Of a stretch of 64,000 nt of DNA, positions 56,860 to 64,000 are shown in pieces. The stretch is from IMG/VR virus record IMGVR_UViG_3300007512_001547, positions 64,001 to 128,000 of that record, one strand, 5' to 3'. A program made the position numbers and the translations under genes. Source of the DNA: a virus. The notes below the pieces were generated by a model. It was not told the DNA's origin, searched no databases, and saw nothing but the letters and a program-made list of their open reading frames with translations. The first letter of the stretch is position 1; every line of letters begins with the position of its first letter.

Positions 56860-58138
56860 ATTTGTCAAATAATTCTTTCCATTCTGGAAACGTATCAGTA
56901 AACGTTTCGTCTCTAATTTTATCATATTTCTTTGTTTCTCTGAAAAACAATTCAAGTTTATCTGTTTTATCTCTTCTAAAAAGATAATCCAAAGCACTTT
57001 CATATCCTTTAGTTGCACGAGTAAGATGATCTTGTGCTTTTAACCATTCTATATGTTTTTCGTATTTTTCTTTTATTTGTTGCTTAAATTCTTCTGGCAA
57101 AAGATCCATACGTTGCCATAACGGAAACTGCAATAAATTAAAATTAAAATCTTGTGGTTTAATCAATCCTTGCTCTACCCAATTCTTATGAAAATCTACA
57201 ACGTGTAATGCATTTACTAATCCTACTGTTGAACTAATATAAAAATCAACTTGTGGACAAACTACTAACATACGTTTTCTATTTGCTACAATATCTTTCC
57301 ATACAGTTCCTTTACGCATTAATTCTGCTCTTGGTCCTTCTGCATCTAAACTTGCTCCTATAGATACTGAATCAAATTTATTCCATAATTCAAATATATC
57401 TGTACCTTTAAATTTGGACTTACTAAAATTTGTATTATAAATTAACCTAACATGATACATTTTACGTTTGTCTAATTCTTTTAAAATTCTTAGATGTTCT
57501 TCCATTATAATTGGTTCACCACCAGCAAAATAAAACTGTTCCACATGATCAAATTGTTCTAATAATTGATCCCATATATCATTAGAAGTCCTACCAACTT
57601 TCATAATTTTTGCATGGGGTGGTGGACTACCTGTTAATTTTTTGTGATCTTCGTACCAATTAGAACTAAACCATGTACCACAACTTCTACAAGCCATGTT
57701 ACACAAATTACTAAAACGTATATCCCAATATTTTATTACAAAGTCTGCTGAACCATCTGACTGTGTAGTATTAACCATATCAATATTATGTCCAAAATGT
57801 TTGTTTGAACTTAAACGTAAACTAAAGAATCCAGATTTTTCTTGATCATAACACTTAAAACATTCACGTGATGGTTTGTTTGCTAACATATTCAAACGCA
57901 TTTGTTTCATTTTATCACCATTCCAAACTTCAGCCATTGATTGTTTATTAAGATCACCAACTGGCAATTTGTCTAAAGCAAAACAACAAGAATATGCTCT
58001 GCCATCTGGAAATGCGTGAAGGTGCATCCATGGCAACATACAAAAATTGTCACTTTCTATTAATAACTCCTTTTGTTTAGGAGTCATATCTTTTATTTTT
58101 AATTTCTCAGGCTCTTTTGCTCCGTACTCATATGCCAC
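56846..58138 (-). CDS. Twitch/SPASM radical SAM protein (paralog 9)
   Basis: FCMLPW..SCC..CFKCY, CNMACRSC and AGGEP. Confidence 0.9.
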   Translation of the reverse strand: MAYEYGAKEPEKLKIKDMTPKQKELLIESDNFCMLPWMHLHAFPDGRAYSCCFALDKLPVGDLNKQSMAEVWNGDKMKQMRLNMLANKPSRECFKCYDQEKSGFFSLRLSSNKHFGHNIDMVNTTQSDGSADFVIKYWDIRFSNLCNMACRSCGTWFSSNWYEDHKKLTGSPPPHAKIMKVGRTSNDIWDQLLEQFDHVEQFYFAGGEPIIMEEHLRILKELDKRKMYHVRLIYNTNFSKSKFKGTDIFELWNKFDSVSIGASLDAEGPRAELMRKGTVWKDIVANRKRMLVVCPQVDFYISSTVGLVNALHVVDFHKNWVEQGLIKPQDFNFNLLQFPLWQRMDLLPEEFKQQIKEKYEKHIEWLKAQDHLTRATKGYESALDYLFRRDKTDKLELFFRETKKYDKIRDETFTDTFPEWKELFDKYEKN

Positions 58139-59471
58139 GATACCATTCTCCTATTATTGGGAAAGTTTTTTCAAAATCTTTTCCTCTTCGTTTGTCATAT
58201 TGACTATAAAATAACTTAAAGTCTTTTTGTAATTTTTCTCTTGCGGCCGCTCCAGCGTGTGGTGTTTTAACAACATCTAAATAATCAATTAATCTTTGTG
58301 TATGATTAATTTCCATTTCTTCTAAATGTTGTTGATTATTTTTTAAAAATTTTTCAATATCCCCTTTAAACTTATTACGTAAATCATCTGGCAATACCAA
58401 AGGTGATTGAAAACTTGGAAACCTTAAAATATTAAGTGTATAATTTATTGTTGGTCCGTAAATCTTACTTGCATTTTTTAACCATACAATTTTTTCTAAA
58501 AATTCAGCCAGTGATTCTAAACACAATGCATTGATTGTACACATATTGTGAATTTCTGCTGGTACTTTATCAACCATCATGTGTAATACTTGACTATACC
58601 AATCTCCATAATTTAATCCGTCTCTAATATATTCTGCTTGTCTAAATGTTGCTTCATTACTAGTGTACAAGTGAAATCTATCAAAGTTTTTTAATTTCTT
58701 TTTAAAACGTTCTATAATATCTTGTTTTGCACCTAAATTAGAATTAATTGCAATACGCATATGAGGATTCATTTTGTGTCCTTGTGTTTCTATCCAATCT
58801 AACAGTCTCCATAAATTAGGCGACATCATAGGTTCACCGCCTGTTATTCTTAATTCATCTAAACTTTTATGCAAATCTGTTTCCCACCAAGTGTAAAATG
58901 CTTCAACATAAGGATTAGTTTCATCTTTTTTATAAGGTTCTGCTGATTCATGACTGTGAGTAAAATGATTTCTTCCGTCTGTTGTCATATCTGTGTATGG
59001 ACCTTTTTGTTTAATGTCTCTTGCCCATGTTGTGCTAAATGCAGGATTGCAATAAGAACAAGCAAAATTACAAGTTCTGTCAAATGCTATTTCTAATGTT
59101 TTTAAATTCCAATCAATTTCGTGACTCTCAGTAAATGCTTCTTCTAAATGACCACTGTCAAATATTTTTGATTTGTATACCCTATCTGATATAGCATCTT
59201 TGCCAATGTCTTCTATTTTCCAACAATATTCACAACCTGCAGGTCTTTCACCACACTGCATTTGTTTACGTTGCTCCTTCTTTTGCCATGTATTGTGTAT
59301 TGCAGATGGATTTGTTTTTATTTCTTCTAAATCTATTTTGTGTGGTAATGGGTGATGACAACTTGTAGTCATACCACTGCCTAACCATATAGTTGCATTG
59401 AACCATTTAGCACCACAAAAACTTGCTGACTTTGTATCTAATATTTGTTTTTTATATTCTAAATCTTTCAT
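58128..59471 (-). CDS. Twitch/SPASM radical SAM protein (paralog 10)
   Basis: FCGAKW..SCHH..CEYCW, CNFACSYC and TGGEP. Confidence 0.9.
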   Translation of the reverse strand: MKDLEYKKQILDTKSASFCGAKWFNATIWLGSGMTTSCHHPLPHKIDLEEIKTNPSAIHNTWQKKEQRKQMQCGERPAGCEYCWKIEDIGKDAISDRVYKSKIFDSGHLEEAFTESHEIDWNLKTLEIAFDRTCNFACSYCNPAFSTTWARDIKQKGPYTDMTTDGRNHFTHSHESAEPYKKDETNPYVEAFYTWWETDLHKSLDELRITGGEPMMSPNLWRLLDWIETQGHKMNPHMRIAINSNLGAKQDIIERFKKKLKNFDRFHLYTSNEATFRQAEYIRDGLNYGDWYSQVLHMMVDKVPAEIHNMCTINALCLESLAEFLEKIVWLKNASKIYGPTINYTLNILRFPSFQSPLVLPDDLRNKFKGDIEKFLKNNQQHLEEMEINHTQRLIDYLDVVKTPHAGAAAREKLQKDFKLFYSQYDKRRGKDFEKTFPIIGEWYRGI

Positions 59472-60838
59472 GCGTTTTTACACTCCTGCCAAAATTCTGA
59501 CATTTCTGGGAATACTGTTTCAAAGTTTGTTAAGCGTCTACGATCATGTTCGTTAAAAAATGCGTAAAAGTTCTTTTTAGTTTGCGTACTAGTGTCTGCA
59601 TTTTTACGCCAATAAGCTAAATTGCGTAACATTTTTTGAATCTCAAAGTCTTTGAATATGTGTAATCCTTTATCTTCTCCAGAATTTTCTCTCATATATT
59701 CTATGTTGGCTTCATGTATTGCTTGATATGCCTCAGGCAATAATGTTATCTGTTGCCATGCAGGCTGTCTAAGCAATGGTATATCAAACCATACTCGTTG
59801 ATACGTTTTACTATGTCGTTTTCGTAATTCTAAAATACCTTCTAATAACTTATCCAAACTTGTAACACTAAGATTATTGTATGTGATTATAAAAGTAACT
59901 GAATTACGTACTGGTATACGATCCAAAAATTCATCTACATTATCCCACATACGATTAAATTCTAATCCATTTCTAATATATTCTGCTTGTTTACCCCATG
60001 CATCAACTGAAACAAATTGCATGAAATGTTCAACTTTCTCCTCAATACAGATTTTCTTAACCATATCAAAATATTTGTTTTTTAATTTGTTATTAGGTGG
60101 ACACATATTACTGGTTACGTTTAAGTGTAAGTCTTGTTTTGGATTATTAATAACGTATTCAAATACTTTATATGTGTTATTGTCCATCATAGGTTCACCA
60201 CCTGTCATACGAAAATGTTTTAAATTTTTATATAATGTAGGCCACCACTTCCAAAAAGCAGTAACATAAGGATTATCTTCTTTATGTGGTATTGGACGTT
60301 TTCTTCCTTGAAAGTGTTCAGGTGCATTGTGGGGAGGAGATGTTGGATATTGGCCATATACAGCAATCTCCTTCCCCCACGTTGTCGAGAATTGTGGTGA
60401 GCAATAAGAACACTTAAAATTACAAGCATTATTAAAGTTTACTTCCACATATCTCGGTGTCCAACGTTCGTCCATTGGATTTTGTTTAATTGCTGTAAAG
60501 TCTTGCATGGCCCATGGTTCACCAGAACGATAATGTCTATCTGACATTTCGCCTGTGTCTTCCATTTTCCAACAATATGAACAACCCTCAGGCCGTTCTC
60601 CTTTAAGCATTTGTTGTCTTTGATTTAATTTTTCTGCTGTATTATGTAGTGCCGCAGGATTATCTTCTAATTTTGTTGCATCTATTTCATGTAAAGGTGG
60701 ATGATAGCAACTGTTTGTTAATCCAGTAGGCAAGTGTAATGAAACTTGATTCCATTTTGCCAAACACATAGTTGGTGAAACATTATCAAGTAAACTTTTA
60801 GCCAACTCTGCATCTGCTTTATAATTACTTGTACTCAC
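59468..60838 (-). CDS. Twitch/SPASM radical SAM protein (paralog 11)
   Basis: MCLAKW..SCYH..CSYCW, CNFKCSYC and TGGEP. Confidence 0.9.
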   Translation of the reverse strand: MSTSNYKADAELAKSLLDNVSPTMCLAKWNQVSLHLPTGLTNSCYHPPLHEIDATKLEDNPAALHNTAEKLNQRQQMLKGERPEGCSYCWKMEDTGEMSDRHYRSGEPWAMQDFTAIKQNPMDERWTPRYVEVNFNNACNFKCSYCSPQFSTTWGKEIAVYGQYPTSPPHNAPEHFQGRKRPIPHKEDNPYVTAFWKWWPTLYKNLKHFRMTGGEPMMDNNTYKVFEYVINNPKQDLHLNVTSNMCPPNNKLKNKYFDMVKKICIEEKVEHFMQFVSVDAWGKQAEYIRNGLEFNRMWDNVDEFLDRIPVRNSVTFIITYNNLSVTSLDKLLEGILELRKRHSKTYQRVWFDIPLLRQPAWQQITLLPEAYQAIHEANIEYMRENSGEDKGLHIFKDFEIQKMLRNLAYWRKNADTSTQTKKNFYAFFNEHDRRRLTNFETVFPEMSEFWQECKNA

Positions 60839-61724
60839 GGTCTTGTACTCCTGTGTTGAATGGGCGTGGCATTACAAATTTAAAAAAATTGCTTTGGTCT
60901 TCATCAAAATTTTCACAAGGTATATCTATTCTTTGCTTAAGACTATTGCCATATACTTCTAAATCTTCATCTACTTTATCTTCAACTATACCATTTGCAA
61001 ATAAATCTGCCATTTTATCTAACTCTCTAATTTGTATAAATTCGGTTGAATCCACAGTAGTTGAATAACAACCCATTCTTGCTCCTAACATAGCATACTT
61101 GCCATACTCAACATCTGCACCTACAGTCATCCACGTGGTTAGTATTCTAAGATTGCTACCTTGTATAACACGCATAAAATTTTGTGGTGGTATATGTTTA
61201 CCTTGATTTAAACTCATCTTAACACCTTCTCTATAACCTGCTATCCAAGCCTGTTGTGGTGTTGCATTAATAACAGTAGTTGAATAACAATTATGTAAAT
61301 TTTCATGAGGTACTGTCCAACAAAAATCTATTTCTGCTTTTTCATCTTTTGCGTTTTCGTGTGTTTTCATTTGCAAACAAGTTTCACGTGGCCATCCTAC
61401 CAAACCACCATTGCCATATACTAAATTATTAACATTATTTCTTGCTCGCCAACGATGTACGGCTTTTGGATCTGTTTTAGACCAATCTAAAGTTTGTAAT
61501 AAAAAACTCTCATCTATAATATTGTCTCCATCAACTGAAATAAAAAAATCTGTTTCTGCTTTTTCTGCCGCGGCTTTGTGTGCTGAATCAAATCCTTTAA
61601 CTCCGTCAACACGCTTTGCCCACGGCACTTTGCTTAACAAGTCTGCCCAATTCTCTTCTTTGTTTGGTTCAGCATAACTTATAAAAACAAAGTCTAAATC
61701 CGAGACTCTTACTCTATCCGCCAT
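60825..61724 (-). CDS. GT-A glycosyltransferase-like protein
   Basis: FVFISYAEP, GVKGFDSAH, VDGDN (DxD) and YGNGG. Confidence 0.7.
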   Translation of the reverse strand: MADRVRVSDLDFVFISYAEPNKEENWADLLSKVPWAKRVDGVKGFDSAHKAAAEKAETDFFISVDGDNIIDESFLLQTLDWSKTDPKAVHRWRARNNVNNLVYGNGGLVGWPRETCLQMKTHENAKDEKAEIDFCWTVPHENLHNCYSTTVINATPQQAWIAGYREGVKMSLNQGKHIPPQNFMRVIQGSNLRILTTWMTVGADVEYGKYAMLGARMGCYSTTVDSTEFIQIRELDKMADLFANGIVEDKVDEDLEVYGNSLKQRIDIPCENFDEDQSNFFKFVMPRPFNTGVQDREYK

Positions 61725-62005
61725 ACATACCCTTCCTTACCAATATTTTTAACCCAAAAAGGATTTTTTTTATAAAATTTAACTCCGTTATCTGCCTTAT
61801 GCATTAATGGTTGTCGCTGTTCTACAGGTATACGTTTTTTTCTTACAACTTCTCCTTTTTTCCACGTATAATTTTCCTCACCTGCTCTTGTTATTTCTAA
61901 ATAACGTTCTAATGTTACAACTATACTTTGACCTTCGATAGTAACCACGTGAGGTTGTCTTTCTTTTGGCTTAAAATTTTCTAATGCTTCAAAAAATCCT
62001 GGCAT
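61709..62005 (-). CDS. hypothetical protein
   Basis: Coupled ORF. Confidence 0.6.
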   Translation of the reverse strand: MPGFFEALENFKPKERQPHVVTIEGQSIVVTLERYLEITRAGEENYTWKKGEVVRKKRIPVEQRQPLMHKADNGVKFYKKNPFWVKNIGKEGYVWRIE

Positions 62006-62789
62006 TTAATTCCTCTGGTAATGATTTGTTATAATAATGAAATATTCTTGATTGCTTATATCCACCTACATAAACTTTTTCATCTATTTGCATTGGATAT
62101 AGATATTGATCGTTAATAAATGCTTGGGTTAATCCATTTATTGCATTTTTATTATGCATAAAATTAAACCAATCATATTTTATACGTAATTCATTTAATG
62201 GATCTTGTATTTTAAGTGCAAGAGCATATACAACATCTGTTGATGATTGCTCATCATGACAATTTATTAAAAATTTATTCCGTACAACAGGCCAATTTAA
62301 CATAATGCCTTTACATAAATTATAAAATGTTTGTGCTTGTCTACTTTTTCTAAAATAAGTTAATCCGTTATATACATCTGGCAAATTATTTGTAACAAAT
62401 AATTTTCTATAAGGTGTATGTTCAATAATTGTGTCTCTATAACATCTTACATGATAAGAAAAAACCATATTATGTTGATGCAAATAATTCCACCACCAAT
62501 CTGTGTTACTTGTAAACAACATATCAGCTTCTAATTTAATTGTGTGCTTAAAAGGTGTTAAATTAAAAACTTGCCATTCGTTGTTTAACTTCCATTCCTG
62601 ATCTTTGCTATAATCTTGTTCTAATACAACTACATGATCAAATTCTTCATGATCAACTAGTTTATCAGTTATAATACATACTTTATTTTGCCTATTATGC
62701 TTTTTAATTGACTTTGCAAGACGTTTACTTAACTCTATATAATCAGTTGTGGAGTTATTCAATGCAAACCAAACATATCCTCTATCCAT
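61989..62789 (-). CDS. GT8-like nucleotide-diphospho-sugar transferase
   Basis: DYIELSKRLAKSIK, TPFKHTIKLEADML and YNGLTYF. Confidence 0.65.
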   Translation of the reverse strand: MDRGYVWFALNNSTTDYIELSKRLAKSIKKHNRQNKVCIITDKLVDHEEFDHVVVLEQDYSKDQEWKLNNEWQVFNLTPFKHTIKLEADMLFTSNTDWWWNYLHQHNMVFSYHVRCYRDTIIEHTPYRKLFVTNNLPDVYNGLTYFRKSRQAQTFYNLCKGIMLNWPVVRNKFLINCHDEQSSTDVVYALALKIQDPLNELRIKYDWFNFMHNKNAINGLTQAFINDQYLYPMQIDEKVYVGGYKQSRIFHYYNKSLPEELNARIF

Positions 62790-63546
62790 TTACAAACTCC
62801 TTATCCATAACATGAACATCTTGTTCTTCAACCATATTAACTTTATTATTGTACTTGAATGTTATTGTTTTATCCGACATATCTAATACATCTACTTCAT
62901 GTGATATCATAGCCATTGGTGTTGGAATAAAATTTTTATGAGAATTAAATCCATTTAACTGATGTAATGCTATTGCAAAAGCAAAATCATTTCTATAATT
63001 TTTATATTTTATACGATACAAATTTCTATAATGAGCATAGTATTGTTGTATGTGTTGAATTAAATTAAAAACTTGTTCTGCAAATACTGATTTACGAAAA
63101 ATAGTAACCGTTGCCCAAACTATTGGTACTGTTGATTCATTTTTACCTTCAATCATATTTTCACCTGTTAAATCATATACGTTATTGTGTAATAAAAAAT
63201 CATACTTTGTATTTGCATACGTTAATAGATTATTAGTAAAAACAAAGTAATCACAATCCATAAGAATTGTAGTATCATAAGGTGAGTGTTTGTATGCTAA
63301 ACTTCTTTCTAAATTATGCCAAGCAATACTTTGACCTCTATAACTTCTTCTATTGCCTACTTTATTATCAACAATCTTGTAATTAATCATACCTAAAGGT
63401 TTAAACTTTTTGTAAGTTTCAAAATTAGTAACAATAGTAATTTCTAATTTTAGATATTTTCGTATTTGTGCTACACAACGTTCAGCTAACAAGTGGTAGT
63501 TAACTTCAGGCGTATTGAAACAATACATTAATACACCTGTTGTCAT
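62782..63546 (-). CDS. GT8-like nucleotide-diphospho-sugar transferase
   Basis: SPYDTTILMDCDY (DxD) and RNDFAFAIA. Confidence 0.65.
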   Translation of the reverse strand: MTTGVLMYCFNTPEVNYHLLAERCVAQIRKYLKLEITIVTNFETYKKFKPLGMINYKIVDNKVGNRRSYRGQSIAWHNLERSLAYKHSPYDTTILMDCDYFVFTNNLLTYANTKYDFLLHNNVYDLTGENMIEGKNESTVPIVWATVTIFRKSVFAEQVFNLIQHIQQYYAHYRNLYRIKYKNYRNDFAFAIALHQLNGFNSHKNFIPTPMAMISHEVDVLDMSDKTITFKYNNKVNMVEEQDVHVMDKEFVNG

Positions 63547-63863
63547 TTTAACCTTTTATTCTTTAGATCCTCGTGTAGTTGATGGTATGAATTTAATGTT
63601 TCTTGATTTCTTTCAATCAATATTCTCAAAAATTCATCTGGATCTATTATGTGACACGGATTATCATTAGTATCTAACATATAAAACTCCTTAGAGTGTG
63701 CTTTAAATGTTTGAACTACATTTATGGTATCAGCGTCTGCACGAAATAATCTACCATTGTATGCTATAATCTGTCTGGATTTTAACTTTTCCAGAGCATT
63801 CTTTTTAATTTGGTTTAGATCGTGTGCTAGATCAGAATAGTTTTTGAGAGTGCCAATATCCAT
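63543..63863 (-). CDS. hypothetical protein
   Basis: First gene of the minus-strand operon; no SD. Confidence 0.65.
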   Translation of the reverse strand: MDIGTLKNYSDLAHDLNQIKKNALEKLKSRQIIAYNGRLFRADADTINVVQTFKAHSKEFYMLDTNDNPCHIIDPDEFLRILIERNQETLNSYHQLHEDLKNKRLK

Positions 63864-63869
63864 AACTGT

Positions 63870-63898
63870 ATTATACAGTTAATTATGGACTGTGTCAA
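63870..63898 (-). promoter_or_regulatory. consensus sigma70 promoter overlapped by a 19-bp palindrome
   Basis: Minus strand reads TTGACA (63898-63893)-17 bp-TATAAT (63875-63870). The palindrome TAACTGTAT-T-ATACAGTTA spans 63863-63881. Confidence 0.7.
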
Positions 63899-63917
63899 TG
63901 TGGTAAAATGTTTTTTA

Positions 63918-64000
63918 TTATGATGTAGTATTAGATACTGTTGCGTCAGATGAAATAGCACCAACTGAAGCCAACCCTTGTGCAGTTGTTGGATTCACTG
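63918..64000 (-). CDS. 3' end of an upstream gene (partial; S/T/A-rich, possibly structural)
   Basis: Open frame ...VNPTTAQGLASVGAISSDATVSNTTS*. Confidence 0.45.
   Translation of the reverse strand, partial: VNPTTAQGLASVGAISSDATVSNTTS

Noticed and set aside
56860-57018. 53-aa N-terminal extension of the 501-aa ORF
   Set aside because: It overlaps the upstream radical SAM. The paralog alignment places the start at 56859.
50755-60429. Plus-strand ORFs inside the minus-strand operon (50755-51150, 51065-51301, 54283-54471, 54707-54952, 55799-56059, 59173-59355, 59877-60269)
   Set aside because: They are antisense shadows of the glycosyltransferase, carbamoyltransferase, SGNH and radical-SAM genes.
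1-64000. tRNA/rRNA genes, transposases, integrases, homing endonucleases, clear intrinsic terminators, alternative genetic code
   Set aside because: Intergenic gaps are short or filled by small ORFs. I saw no cloverleaf, GC hairpin plus U-tract, or DDE/HNH/GIY-YIG motif by eye. The standard code gives near-complete coding density.

Overview
This 64-kb window is a densely coding, AT-rich fragment of a large T4-like (jumbo) tailed phage genome. An aquatic alphaproteobacterial host is inferred from a SoxS-like thioredoxin, a Prx5-type peroxiredoxin, DUF6614 and leaderless promoters. Genes run on + from <1 to 49850 and on - from 49816 to >64000. Left part (1-13.9 kb): a late-expressed cluster of putative head-internal proteins and enzymes. 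They share a T4 capsid-targeting-like N-terminus (M[RK]xxE[FI]xE) and sit just downstream of TAAATA boxes. Middle: replication genes (family-B polymerase, sliding-clamp-like protein, RNase H-like flap nuclease, DsbA-like protein), a dispersed 7-deazaguanine DNA-modification set (TGT/DpdA-like, DpdL/QueD-like, FolE, QueE), guanine-salvage genes (GuaC, PRTase), a GT4 glycosyltransferase, GalE, an amidinotransferase and a MoxR-VWA pair. Right part (46-64 kb): two convergent glycan-tailoring operons with an aminotransferase, dehydrogenase, deacetylase, epimerase, four GT-A glycosyltransferase-like genes, a carbamoyltransferase, an SGNH hydrolase and five tandem radical-SAM genes. The most striking feature is 11 paralogous Twitch/SPASM radical-SAM genes, five in tandem and six scattered singly between conserved genes. 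I found no tRNA, rRNA, CRISPR array, intein or transposase. All family calls come from motif recognition, not database searches.
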